Source: a virus
Virus record (IMG/VR): IMGVR_UViG_3300035661_000025
Coordinates: 1 to 64,000 of that record
DNA: 64,000 nucleotides
Reading direction: 5' to 3' (one strand)
Shown here: piece after piece, positions 1 through 9,895 of the stretch
How positions within the stretch are numbered: position 1 is the stretch's first letter
How the letters are laid out: each line of letters opens with the position of its first letter
Notes under the pieces: generated by a model
Told to the model about the DNA's origin: nothing
The model's input: only the letters and a program-made list of their open reading frames with translations
The model's database searches: none
Program-made: the position numbers and the translations under genes

Positions 1-609
1 TTAATTGCTAGATTGGTAACTCAATATCATCTAACCGAAGCATTTAAAGCTATGAAAATTGACATGTCTGATGATAATGTAATGGAAGATTTATCATCTG
101 GAAATATTGGCACTCCTGGACGTATAGCAAAAGTTTGGATGGGTGCCAATTTAGATGATGATAGAGAATTGGGTGGAGGTCGTTGGAGCAGAAAACCAAG
201 ATTGGCATCATTCCCAAATACTAATGACACCAATATACCAATCACAAAAAGAGTTGACATTATAAGTAATTGTTCTCATCATTTCATTCCATTTACCACA
301 ATTGCTAGGGAAGAAAGCTATGCAATTATTAGTTACATACCAGATAAGTTTGTATTGGGAATTTCCAAACTACAAAGATTGGCTGATTGGGTGAGTCAAC
401 GTTTCTTTTTACAAGAAGATTTAACTAAAAAATTATATGAGGCAGTTTCAGAAGCTTCACAAACTGATTCCGTTTATGTTGGGTTATTCAATATGGTTCA
501 TGGATGTGAGAGTATGAGAGGTGCTAAATCAAATGATGGGTCTTTTACTTCAGAATATTACGGCGGTAAATTTGCAGATCCGGAATTGCGAAAACAAATT
601 AGATCTTAA
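1..609 (+). CDS. folE: GTP cyclohydrolase I (5'-truncated by window edge)
   Basis: CSHHFIPF zinc motif, GISKLQRL, LQEDLT, HGCESMRG; frame open from position 1. Confidence 0.92.
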   Translation, partial: LIARLVTQYHLTEAFKAMKIDMSDDNVMEDLSSGNIGTPGRIAKVWMGANLDDDRELGGGRWSRKPRLASFPNTNDTNIPITKRVDIISNCSHHFIPFTTIAREESYAIISYIPDKFVLGISKLQRLADWVSQRFFLQEDLTKKLYEAVSEASQTDSVYVGLFNMVHGCESMRGAKSNDGSFTSEYYGGKFADPELRKQIRS

Positions 610-627
610 GGATCTTTATGATATAAT
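606..627 (+). promoter_or_regulatory. Early/host-sigma70 promoter, representative of about 30 copies (TTAAG-N8-TGATATAAT)
   Basis: TGWTATAAT also at 4595, 7110, 9039, 11325, 12141, 12545, 12947, 14600, 15982, 20395, 23613, 23884, 29869, 30227, 34038, 35122, 35240, 35771, 38286, 40450, 42921, 50075, 54362, 55484, 57324, 59704, 60610, 62119 and 63364, nearly all at gene starts. Confidence 0.85.
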
Positions 628-638
628 AAAGGAAATAA

Positions 639-1070
639 ATGCAAAAATATTACGATGTTACTGATGAAGAATACAAAAATTTTATTAAGTTTTGTGTAGA
701 AAAAATCAATAATTACAAAGAAGAATATCCTGATATTCAAATAGTTTCCATTTATAGAGGGTCTTTAGGTATGGGAGCTCATTTGAGCAATCTACTCAAT
801 GTACCATTGAGCATCATAAAATTTCAAAAATATGATGGAAATGATGATTATCCAAAGTTTTTGACTTCTTACCTACAACCAAATTCATTAGCGGTAATAT
901 TGGATGATATTTATGATACCGGTGAAACAATGAATAGATGTATTGAATTCATAAAAATTTGCTCAGGTTCTGAATGTCTTCCAATAACTATGTTTGGAAA
1001 AGATTCTCCATTTTTATCATGGAATCATCATGATGGAGAATCTTGGTATAGATTCCCTTGGGAGGTTTGA
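639..1070 (+). CDS. Purine phosphoribosyltransferase (type I PRTase)
   Basis: PRPP-binding motif VILDDIYDTGETM, N-terminal SIYRGS, C-terminal WYRFPWE. Confidence 0.85.
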   Translation: MQKYYDVTDEEYKNFIKFCVEKINNYKEEYPDIQIVSIYRGSLGMGAHLSNLLNVPLSIIKFQKYDGNDDYPKFLTSYLQPNSLAVILDDIYDTGETMNRCIEFIKICSGSECLPITMFGKDSPFLSWNHHDGESWYRFPWEV

Positions 1071-1537
1071 TGGAAGATTTAGATGAATGGGGAATGAGTA
1101 AGCCCCCAAAAAATGAAGTACAAGAAGAAGTAAAAAAGAAAGCCAAAATCAATATTTTTGATGTAATGGCTTCTAGTTATGACCGAAAGAAACCCGAAGC
1201 TACCCCAGAAGAGATTGAGGCATTGAGTCCTTATATGTTTTGTAGATATTTAAGTAACAATCCAGTCGCGGTTTTTTGGGCAAATGAACTAAACAATCAT
1301 GATAATATTCCTAAATTATATCAATACAAGTTTGTGAGAATTAGCTTCCCAAAAGACAAAGTTAAATTCATTAGATATATAAAAAGTGAAAATATATTTG
1401 ATAAAGACACTATTGAATATGCTTGTATTGAATATAAATGTGGAAAAGAAATAGCAATAAAATATTTAGAAATGATGCCGGATGAAGAAGTGCAGAAACT
1501 AATTCAAAAATATACAGTCGGTGGTCGAACAAAATAA
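1070..1537 (+). CDS. Clamp loader small subunit (T4 gp62-like)
   Basis: IFD...SPYMFCRYLS...ANELN...QYKF pattern and size; GGAGG RBS before ATG 1070. Confidence 0.65.
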   Translation: MEDLDEWGMSKPPKNEVQEEVKKKAKINIFDVMASSYDRKKPEATPEEIEALSPYMFCRYLSNNPVAVFWANELNNHDNIPKLYQYKFVRISFPKDKVKFIRYIKSENIFDKDTIEYACIEYKCGKEIAIKYLEMMPDEEVQKLIQKYTVGGRTK

Positions 1538-1563
1538 ATTTAAACAAATATAAAGGATAAATA

Positions 1564-2550
1564 TTGGAAAATAATATTAAAGAAAAAATAATGTATTCTA
1601 CCATTTCACTTTCCCATATTGACCTTGATGGTATATCTTGTCAATTAGTTTTAGAACAAGTTTATAAAAATACTAAATTATATAATTGTAATTATGATAA
1701 GATACCAGAATATTTGGATTATATTGATGATAATTGTTCCGAGTATCGGCCAGATAGAGTTTTTATAACGGACCTTGCATTTGAGAAATCAAATGCTATA
1801 AAATTGGCTCACATAATCAAAAACCACCCAGATGTAAAATTTATCTATATAGATCATCATCCATATGATGAAGAGTTAATTAATGTTTTTAAAAAAATAA
1901 AAGATTCTTTAAAAAATTTCACATTTATTCACTCAACAAAAGCAAGCGCCACAAAATTAACTTATAAATTTTTAGATCGTTCAAAACCGTTTAACAATCC
2001 ACTCATGGAAAAATATGTAGAATCTGTAAACGCATATGATATATGGTTATTAGAATCAGAATTTTTCAAAGCTGGATTTGTGTACAATGAGCTGTTTTTC
2101 AATTACAAACTTAAAGCGTTTTATTTTGAAATGAGAGATAGTTTCAAATTGAAACAAAAACATAAAGATAGATATGTAGAATTAGTAAAAGAGAAAACTA
2201 AATATTTTGACAAAGTTAAAAAAGATAAATTGATTTTTAGTGACAATGATAAACTATTCATTTTTGCAGATGAGTTCAAATCTTGGATTACTTTAGATTT
2301 TCCAAATTTCAACTATTACGTTATAGCATCCACTTATTCTAGAATAAGTGTAAGAATCTCTGATAAAATTACAAGCGAACAAGCAGAAACCGTTAAAAAT
2401 TATATTATAAACAACAAAGATATGACTGGAATAATTTCTATAGGAGGACATCATCATGCATTTGGTCTAACATTAGAACCAGGAACTTCTATAGATAAAT
2501 TGATTATGCATGTCCAAGATTTATCAAGGCTTTTAGATAAAATTACTTAA
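1564..2550 (+). CDS. DHH-family phosphoesterase
   Basis: SHIDLDG, ITDL, IDHH, GGHHHAFG. Confidence 0.85.
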   Translation: MENNIKEKIMYSTISLSHIDLDGISCQLVLEQVYKNTKLYNCNYDKIPEYLDYIDDNCSEYRPDRVFITDLAFEKSNAIKLAHIIKNHPDVKFIYIDHHPYDEELINVFKKIKDSLKNFTFIHSTKASATKLTYKFLDRSKPFNNPLMEKYVESVNAYDIWLLESEFFKAGFVYNELFFNYKLKAFYFEMRDSFKLKQKHKDRYVELVKEKTKYFDKVKKDKLIFSDNDKLFIFADEFKSWITLDFPNFNYYVIASTYSRISVRISDKITSEQAETVKNYIINNKDMTGIISIGGHHHAFGLTLEPGTSIDKLIMHVQDLSRLLDKIT

Positions 2551-2559
2551 AGGAATAAA

Positions 2560-3930
2560 ATGGAAGAATTAATACTTCAAAACTTAATCATGGATAGTGA
2601 TTATTTCGGAAAAGTATTTGGGTATTTAGACAAAAAACATTTTTATTCATTTGAAAACATAGAAATTTTCACAGAATTAAAAACTATGTTTCAAGAATAT
2701 GACAACAAACCAACCGCAAGAGAACTTGGTATTAGATTAAAGACATCACCAAGAATTAAAAAAGATCATAAAGAACAAGTTATATCAAAATTCAAAGAAA
2801 TTTTGACTGCAGAACCCCAAAAAAATAAAACATTTTTGCTAGCAGAAACAGAAAAATATATCCAAAAAGTAGAGTTATCTGAAGCTATTCTTAAATCCGT
2901 TGACATTATTAATAAAGGTGAAGCATTTCAACCAGTCATAGGATTGATAGAAAAAGCTATTTCCATCAATTTCAATTATGACACTGGTTTGAATTATACC
3001 TCTGAATATGCAGATTTACGATTGTTTGAATATTATCAACAAGGTTTTCAGGGATTAACTACGGGTGTTCCTTCATTAGATACATTATTGGGTGGAGGTT
3101 TTAGAGCAAAAACATTAAATATAGTTGCAGCCCCTTCTCATGGTGGTAAATCTGTATTCCTTGTTTCTATTGCTGCAGCCCAATTGTTAAAAAAGAAAAA
3201 TGTTCTTTATCTAACATTGGAAATGTCTGAAGAAGAAATTGCTAGACGTATTGATGCTAACTTAATTCATCATAGCGCAAATGATATGAACGCTTTTACG
3301 TTTGAAGAATATAAACGTAAAAAAGATGAGATTAGAAAATATGCGGGAAAATTGAAAATAAAAGAGTATCCTTCAGGATACCTGAATACATTGAGATTAG
3401 AAAGTCTTTTGGTAGAGCTGGAAAATGAAGATGATTTCAAACCAGATGTAATAATCATTGACTATTTGACTCTTATGGCATCATCAAGAACGACGTTAGC
3501 TCAAGCTGGGAATAATTATAGTTATTACAAAAATGTAGCTGAAGAGCTACATGGGTTCGGTAAAAAATATAATCTTCCTATAGTTAGCGCAGCCCAATTG
3601 AATAGATCTGCTTATGGAAATTCAGATGTAGGTATGGAATCTATTGCGGATTCATTGGGGATTGTTCAAACTGCAGATACGTTTTTCGCTATTATTACCA
3701 CAGATCAATTAAAAGCGGAAAATTTAGCATTGATAAAATTTCTCAAAAATAGAAATACTGGTAAATTAGATACTGTTACTGTGGGAATAGATTACCCAAG
3801 AATGAAATTTATGGATTTTGAAGGAGATGAAGCATCTCACAAAGTCGATACGGGTATGAGTAATAAATCTGAGGACATTCCATCATTTTTTGGAACGGGT
3901 TCATCAAAATCACCTTTTAGTTTAGGATAA
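2560..3930 (+). CDS. Replicative DnaB-like helicase (T4 gp41)
   Basis: Walker A APSHGGKS, TLEMSE, IIIDYL, AQLNR, KNRN. Confidence 0.93.
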   Translation: MEELILQNLIMDSDYFGKVFGYLDKKHFYSFENIEIFTELKTMFQEYDNKPTARELGIRLKTSPRIKKDHKEQVISKFKEILTAEPQKNKTFLLAETEKYIQKVELSEAILKSVDIINKGEAFQPVIGLIEKAISINFNYDTGLNYTSEYADLRLFEYYQQGFQGLTTGVPSLDTLLGGGFRAKTLNIVAAPSHGGKSVFLVSIAAAQLLKKKNVLYLTLEMSEEEIARRIDANLIHHSANDMNAFTFEEYKRKKDEIRKYAGKLKIKEYPSGYLNTLRLESLLVELENEDDFKPDVIIIDYLTLMASSRTTLAQAGNNYSYYKNVAEELHGFGKKYNLPIVSAAQLNRSAYGNSDVGMESIADSLGIVQTADTFFAIITTDQLKAENLALIKFLKNRNTGKLDTVTVGIDYPRMKFMDFEGDEASHKVDTGMSNKSEDIPSFFGTGSSKSPFSLG

Positions 3931-3933
3931 AAT

Positions 3934-4290
3934 ATGGAAACAAATTGGAATGATATCTTAAAAGATATTGATAAAATTACGCTTGTAGATTATGAAGAGG
4001 TTAAAAGAAATAACCTCTTATCAGAATATAGAACTTATAAATTTGACTCTAAATCAGAAAAAACAGAAGATATTTTATATTCTATACATGAATGGTTAGC
4101 TAATTCAGGTGATGTTTATGTGTTAAGTGATAATCTTAATATTATTAAGATGGTAGAGAGTCATTCTTCTCCAAAAGAAGGTGAAACTCCTATTCCTATT
4201 ACTATGATAAATCCTAACACAGCTCAACCAACTATTGTAATGGGAATTCCTAAATATAGATATGGATTTTCTCTAAGAATAAAGGAATAA
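3934..4290 (+). CDS. Hypothetical protein
   Basis: ORF with AGGA RBS, in operon. Confidence 0.6.
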   Translation: METNWNDILKDIDKITLVDYEEVKRNNLLSEYRTYKFDSKSEKTEDILYSIHEWLANSGDVYVLSDNLNIIKMVESHSSPKEGETPIPITMINPNTAQPTIVMGIPKYRYGFSLRIKE

Positions 4291-4318
4291 ATACATAAAA
4301 TCCTTTATGGAGTGAAAC

Positions 4319-4573
4319 ATGTTATTTACTGAATTTTTAAATAATAGAGATAATATCTTAGAAGCAAGAACTATAAGAATATCCCATCACCTATCTAGCT
4401 CGGATAGAATGAAGCAAGCTAGACTAAGAAAATCATCATCATATAAAATGAAACAAAAAATCTTAGCTCGTTTGCGTGCTAGAAAACATTGTCCGAATGG
4501 TCAAGTTGTAGATTATGATGGAAAAGGGTGTCACAAACCTAAACATTTAGTCGGTCTTAAAAAGAGAGATTAA
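4319..4573 (+). CDS. Small basic late protein, capsid-targeting-like N-terminus
   Basis: AATAAATA at 4286; MLFTEFLN...ILEA; K/R-rich. Confidence 0.55.
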   Translation: MLFTEFLNNRDNILEARTIRISHHLSSSDRMKQARLRKSSSYKMKQKILARLRARKHCPNGQVVDYDGKGCHKPKHLVGLKKRD

Positions 4574-4603
4574 TTATAGCTGAAAAAAGAAACGTGTTAT
4601 AAT

Positions 4604-4834
4604 AGAACTAAATCAGTCAAAAAAATAAGAATAACGTTTACAGCTCGAAAATAGTTAAATGGGATTGTGTGTTAAATCATTAGTAGATATTAGAAAGAGA
4701 TTTTTAACATCTCCCCAAAGAATAAAAAATTCGTGGCGAAATGAATATGATTAACAAGTGAAGATATTGTGTCATTAGAAAACGTGAAAATACATATCAA
4801 AAAGGGTCTAAATTACTTAGCACCTTTTCCTTTT
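4604..4834 (+). ncRNA. Candidate structured non-coding RNA
   Basis: TGTTATAAT at 4595, no SD-led ORF, several stems, terminator-like hairpin 4800-4828 with U tail. Confidence 0.35.
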
Positions 4835-4981
4835 ACCCAACCTGAGGAAACTTCATCAAAGAATTTTCTCATTTCTTCCTCATCTAGCTCTGCTGGGCTA
4901 TCCACATTATAAGATTTCAAAATATTCTTGATATTCTGTTTTTAAGTCTTTTTCTTCTACGATTAAATCTTTGAATTTCAT
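4813..4981 (-). pseudogene. Frameshifted small head-associated protein (SPAEL...FF...W type)
   Basis: MKFKDLIVEEKDLKTEYQEYF, continuing in +1 frame as LKSYNVDSPAELDEEEMRKFFDEVSSGWVKGKGAK. Confidence 0.6.
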
Positions 4982-5313
4982 TACTTGTCTTTTTTGTTTA
5001 ATTCATTTACTTTAACATTAAAATCATTAATTGATTTTAGCAACAAATTATATTCTTTTCTTAAAGCACTAACTTCTTCCATATTTTCATAAAAATTATC
5101 AGGATTTTGAATGATTAAGGTTTGTTTATCATCTAACTCTTGCACCCAATACTTATAAGTAATAGGTGGCTTTTCAGAAAATACACTAGTGTCAAATGTA
5201 GGTCTGTATAAATCATCTTGAGGACATTGTACATCTGTATTACAAAATAATGAGCAACATCCAGTAAATAAAAATGGTAGACTAAATGCTACGAGTAATT
5301 GAATTTTTTTCAT
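4981..5313 (-). CDS. Lipoprotein, o-spanin-like
   Basis: Lipobox FTGC; overlaps the upstream TM/coiled-coil gene. Confidence 0.55.
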   Translation of the reverse strand: MKKIQLLVAFSLPFLFTGCCSLFCNTDVQCPQDDLYRPTFDTSVFSEKPPITYKYWVQELDDKQTLIIQNPDNFYENMEEVSALRKEYNLLLKSINDFNVKVNELNKKDK

Positions 5314-5677
5314 TCAGTTTTCCTTTAAGTTGATTTGAACAATTTGAATCCAATGGAGTAATTGTTTTATTGGAGTCATCTATTCGTATGACTTTGATTT
5401 CGGTTCTAACTTTTTCTATAATAGTAGTTTTTTCTTTAGCTGTTTTTAAATCATATTGATGTTGGTAATCTTTGAACTCATCTTCTTTCTCTTTTATTTT
5501 TTTATAATATTCTAAATTATTTTTTTGAATATTTACTTTATATTCATTAAATTCATTTTGAGTAGATTTTAGTTCCATTTTTAAAATACCTATATATCCT
5601 AAAACAATAACTACAATACTTCCTATAATTATCTCAGTTTTGTATTTGTTAAAAAATAACGAAAACACAGTGTACAT
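5282..5677 (-). CDS. i-spanin-like membrane protein
   Basis: Single N-terminal TM followed by coiled coil. Confidence 0.55.
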   Translation of the reverse strand: MYTVFSLFFNKYKTEIIIGSIVVIVLGYIGILKMELKSTQNEFNEYKVNIQKNNLEYYKKIKEKEDEFKDYQHQYDLKTAKEKTTIIEKVRTEIKVIRIDDSNKTITPLDSNCSNQLKGKLNEKNSITRSI

Positions 5678-5926
5678 TTATTCCCCTTTGTTTAGACCAG
5701 GATCATCTGAAGTTGCTTTAGTTCCTGTATAAAAACCAATAGCAGTACCTGCCAATCCTGCAAAAATTCCGTAGTATCCTAAATAACCATCTACAGGTAT
5801 CTTGTAAATAATCATTAATAATACTACAACTGATACTAATAAGAAAGTAAACACTACAGAAAAAAGAATAAGTTTTCTAGCCCGTGTTACATCCTTTTCA
5901 GTCCACTCAATTAATGTTTCCATCAT
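5678..5926 (-). CDS. Holin-like 2-TM protein
   Basis: Two TM segments, about 82 aa; late promoter CATAAATA (minus, 5955-5962). Confidence 0.45.
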   Translation of the reverse strand: MMETLIEWTEKDVTRARKLILFSVVFTFLLVSVVVLLMIIYKIPVDGYLGYYGIFAGLAGTAIGFYTGTKATSDDPGLNKGE

Positions 5927-5974
5927 AGTGTTTCCTTTCATAAATATTGATAATTATTTATGAAAAGGTTGATT

Positions 5975-6973
5975 ATGGATTTTACTGTATTTTATAATGG
6001 GCAAGAATTTGTATTATTTTTAGTGATAATAATGATTACTACTAATATAATTAAAGAAAATATGCTTATGATAGATCTTTTAGGAGTGTTTGGAAAATAT
6101 ATAAAAAATACAAAAATAGCAGTATTTTTGACGTCTATGTTTTTTGGTATATTGCCTATTCCTGGTAGAATAGTGTTAGGTAGTTCTATGATAAATTCAT
6201 TGTCTAAAGAGAAAATGAGTTACAAAATAGGTGTGTTAGAATATTTGAGCACCCATCATTATTATTTTTGGTCACCTTTAGAAAAAACTGTAATAGTTCC
6301 TATGAGTATATTAGGGATAAGTTATGCATATTATATAAGCGTGGTTTGGCCTGTTATATTATTGAGCATTTTATTTTTGGCTATTTATCTATGGTTGTTT
6401 ATAAAAGAAGAAGATATTAACATAAAATTTCCAACACAATTTCTGTGGAAGAATATTTTCTTATATGTTTTGCCTATTCTTATCTTTATTCTCATTATCT
6501 TCTTCACAGAAATGTTAGTATTAAGTTCAGTGGGTTTATTGTTATATTATTCATTTATGGTAAAATTGTCATTTGAAGATTTAAAACGACATATAAACTC
6601 CATAAATTTTAAGCTGATTTTTTTATTAATGAGCACCATAGTTATTGGAAACATAATAAAAGAATCTGGCTTCAATATAGTGGATCAAAAATTATTAATA
6701 TCTGCTCTTATTGTATCATTTGTATATTCATTTTTATTAGGATCTTCATCAAAATATGCAATGATTAGTGCTTTATTAATTAGCGCTTTTGGTTTAGAAT
6801 ATATGTTGTTATTTTTAGTAGTCGATTTTGCTGGATATATTCTTTCTCCCACTCACAAATGCTTTTGGGTCGCATTAAGTTATTATGAGATACAAGTTAA
6901 AAAATTTGTTTTTGTTATAGTATTATGGTTAAGTATTTTGTTGTTTTATTCAATAATTCAACTTTTATTATAA
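5975..6973 (+). CDS. Polytopic membrane transporter (DUF401/ion-transporter-like)
   Basis: About 10 TM helices; GILPIPGR and LSPTHKC motifs. Confidence 0.6.
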   Translation: MDFTVFYNGQEFVLFLVIIMITTNIIKENMLMIDLLGVFGKYIKNTKIAVFLTSMFFGILPIPGRIVLGSSMINSLSKEKMSYKIGVLEYLSTHHYYFWSPLEKTVIVPMSILGISYAYYISVVWPVILLSILFLAIYLWLFIKEEDINIKFPTQFLWKNIFLYVLPILIFILIIFFTEMLVLSSVGLLLYYSFMVKLSFEDLKRHINSINFKLIFLLMSTIVIGNIIKESGFNIVDQKLLISALIVSFVYSFLLGSSSKYAMISALLISAFGLEYMLLFLVVDFAGYILSPTHKCFWVALSYYEIQVKKFVFVIVLWLSILLFYSIIQLLL

Positions 6974-7145
6974 GCACATCGCAAGATATTCGGACTAATT
7001 AAAATAATTCTTTGTATTCATTATAGCGAACCACAACCAAGATCTATAGCTATTTTGGGTTTAGGAAACACTACAAATAACACAATTAACAAATATTTAA
7101 GCAAATAAATGATATAATATAAAATATATTTCAATAAGGAAATAA

Positions 7146-9026
7146 ATGACTAAAAAAACCGTAGAACAAACGTATAAAAAATTAACAGATATAGAACATG
7201 TACTACACAGACCAGGCACCTACGTTGGTAATACTAAACCACATAAAACTTCATTATTCGTTCCTAAATCGTTAGATTCATATGAGATGGAATACAAAGA
7301 AGTAAATTTTATTCCGGCATTCGTCAAATTGTTTGATGAGGTAATAACCAACGCTGTAGATGAATCTAAACGGCCGGGAACTAAACTTAATACAGTCCGA
7401 GTTAATATAGAAGATGGTAATATTACTGTTTCAGATAACGGGGGGATTCCTGTAGTAATTCATGAAGAATATCAACAATACATTCCAGAAATAATCTTTT
7501 TTGAGCTTCGTTCTGGAAGTAATTATGATGATAATGAAGAGCGTAAAGGTGCAGGAACTAATGGATTGGGGTCTAAATTAACTAACATTTTTTCTACAAA
7601 ATTCTCTGTTTCTACATGTGATGGCATTAACAAATTTCATCAAGAATCTACAAAAAATCTACATGTAAAAAGTGCCGTTAAAATATCTAAAGGTTCTAAG
7701 AACGGAACCACAATCTCATACACGCCAGATTATTCTTATTTTAAAATGTATAACGAAGCTGGTGAATTGGGATTAGATGATATTCACACTCGTTTGATTT
7801 ATAAACGTGTATTGGATGTTGCCGGGTGTAATGAAAATCTTAAGGTATATTTTAATGATGTTAAAATAGATATCAAAAACTTCCAAGAGTATTCAAAATT
7901 TTTCTATCCTGACGTTATATTCGATAAAGATAATGAATGGGATATTGGTGTTGGGTATTCAGAAGAAGGATTTTTACATAGCTCCTTTGTCAATTCTGTT
8001 TGGACTCACAAAGGCGGAAATCATGTTGAGTTCGTAAGTATGAACATTATTAATAAAATTCGAGAGTTTATTAATAAAAAATACAAAACTGATATTAAAC
8101 CATCAGATATTCGCAATCATTTATTTTTGTTTGTTAATTCAAGTGTAATCAATCCTGCATTTGATAGTCAAACTAAAGAATTTTTAATAACAGAAGCCAA
8201 AGAGTTTAACGGAAAAGGCGAAAGATATTCTTATGTACCTACTCAATCATTTTTAAATAAAGTATTTAAATCTGAAATTGTAGAAAGTATATCTGACTGG
8301 TTAGATAAAAAAGCTAAGGCAGATGAAAATAGAGAGCTTAGAAAATTAAATTCTTCTTTAAAAGCTAAAACAGTAGAAGGTTTGATTGATGCAACTGGAA
8401 CAGATCGTAAAAAATGTATCTTAGGATTATTTGAAGGTATGAGTGCATTAAACGGTGTTAGAAAATTCCGAAATGCACAAACATTCGCTGCTTTCCCTTT
8501 AGGTGGTAAATTCATAAATGTTTCTGAAATGAAACCGAAAGATGTAATTGCTAATGAAGAAGCTCAGAAGATTATGGCGGCGATAGGTCTTAAAATGGGT
8601 GAAGAACCTGATTGGGAAAATTTAAGATATGGAGAAATTCATTTTTATGTAGATGCGGATACTGATGGTACTTCTATTGCTGCATTGCTTATCAATTTCT
8701 TTTATAAATTTTGGCCTCAATTATTTGAAAAAGGCATGATGTATTTAGTCCTTACACCAATTGTAGTATCTACAAAAGGTAAAGAAATCAAACATTGGTA
8801 TTCTGAAGCAGATTTTGAAGATTTCGTAAACTCAGGTAATTCAAAAGGTTGGAATTCATTATACAAAAAAGGGTTATCTGCTCTTGATGATTACTCATAT
8901 AAAGAAATGTTAGATAACCCTAAGAAAGTTTTATTCTCTCCAGATGAACTTACCGCAAAAACTTTAGAAATTTGGTTCGGTAAAAAAGATAACACTGAAC
9001 GAAAAGTATTATTGTCTAAAGAATAA
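7146..9026 (+). CDS. Type IIA topoisomerase large subunit (gp39+gp60 fused)
   Basis: EHVLHRPGTYVG, GHKL motifs, EGMSA, PLGGK, DADTDG, KGL. Confidence 0.95.
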   Translation: MTKKTVEQTYKKLTDIEHVLHRPGTYVGNTKPHKTSLFVPKSLDSYEMEYKEVNFIPAFVKLFDEVITNAVDESKRPGTKLNTVRVNIEDGNITVSDNGGIPVVIHEEYQQYIPEIIFFELRSGSNYDDNEERKGAGTNGLGSKLTNIFSTKFSVSTCDGINKFHQESTKNLHVKSAVKISKGSKNGTTISYTPDYSYFKMYNEAGELGLDDIHTRLIYKRVLDVAGCNENLKVYFNDVKIDIKNFQEYSKFFYPDVIFDKDNEWDIGVGYSEEGFLHSSFVNSVWTHKGGNHVEFVSMNIINKIREFINKKYKTDIKPSDIRNHLFLFVNSSVINPAFDSQTKEFLITEAKEFNGKGERYSYVPTQSFLNKVFKSEIVESISDWLDKKAKADENRELRKLNSSLKAKTVEGLIDATGTDRKKCILGLFEGMSALNGVRKFRNAQTFAAFPLGGKFINVSEMKPKDVIANEEAQKIMAAIGLKMGEEPDWENLRYGEIHFYVDADTDGTSIAALLINFFYKFWPQLFEKGMMYLVLTPIVVSTKGKEIKHWYSEADFEDFVNSGNSKGWNSLYKKGLSALDDYSYKEMLDNPKKVLFSPDELTAKTLEIWFGKKDNTERKVLLSKE

Positions 9027-9069
9027 TTAAGATTATTATGATATAATATCATAACAAAAGGAATTAAAT

Positions 9070-9363
9070 ATGATTTATATCCCAACTGAAGCACGAAAAG
9101 CGTTGAAACAATATATATCTTTTAATGATATGGATGTAGTGATGCTTGAATGTAGAAAAAACTTAAAAGATAATGAATGGTATTGTGTCAAAGGTCAAAT
9201 AAATGAGTATAATACCAAGTACGTTTTTATAATGGATAATTATAAAATTCTCTTATATGTAAATGACGAATGTGTAATGTCTGTTAATGATAAAGACTAT
9301 GATTTTGAAGGGCTGCCAAAAGAAGAATTTGTAGAAGATTGTTCAATTATGATTGTTGAATAA
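9070..9363 (+). CDS. Hypothetical protein
   Basis: Own promoter at 9039 and RBS. Confidence 0.6.
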   Translation: MIYIPTEARKALKQYISFNDMDVVMLECRKNLKDNEWYCVKGQINEYNTKYVFIMDNYKILLYVNDECVMSVNDKDYDFEGLPKEEFVEDCSIMIVE

Positions 9364-9384
9364 ATAATCTAAAAGGATAATTTC

Positions 9385-9894
9385 ATGAATTTTAAAAATT
9401 TTATTCTACCTGAAGCTGTTATCTCAAAAAAAGTAGCAAGAGGAACAAACGAATATTCTTATGAAGGTAAATGGAATTATTTAAAAAGCAAAAATTATAA
9501 AAATACGAAACTTTTATCAGATAAATTGCCAGATCATATGAAGTTATATCTTTATGATGATATTTACTTTTTAATTTCAGAAAGAGAAGAATATCTTGGA
9601 TATATTGAGTTGCGAACGGATGGGGAAATACCTAGAATTGTTTACACGGACTCCAAACTTTCTGGAGGATTTTATCTAATAATGTTCACTTACATTTTCA
9701 AGTTAACTCATATAACTGAGATTTTATCAGATGTTAGTTTATCAGAAAATGCTATTAAATCATATACAAAACTTAGCAAAAATAAATCATTTGAAATAAG
9801 AGTATATACTAAAAACAAAGAATATTTACCATTTTCTTTAAGAAATTTAAAAAGTGATGAATTGAATAGAGTATCTATTAAGATGCGAGGTTAA
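9385..9894 (+). CDS. Late hypothetical protein, capsid-targeting-like N-terminus
   Basis: AATAAATA at 9359; MNFKNFILPEA. Confidence 0.55.
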   Translation: MNFKNFILPEAVISKKVARGTNEYSYEGKWNYLKSKNYKNTKLLSDKLPDHMKLYLYDDIYFLISEREEYLGYIELRTDGEIPRIVYTDSKLSGGFYLIMFTYIFKLTHITEILSDVSLSENAIKSYTKLSKNKSFEIRVYTKNKEYLPFSLRNLKSDELNRVSIKMRG

Positions 9895-9895
9895 T

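Noticed and set aside
7146-9026. Gene 60-type ribosomal bypass or split topoisomerase
   Set aside because: The ATPase and TOPRIM regions are in one continuous ORF.
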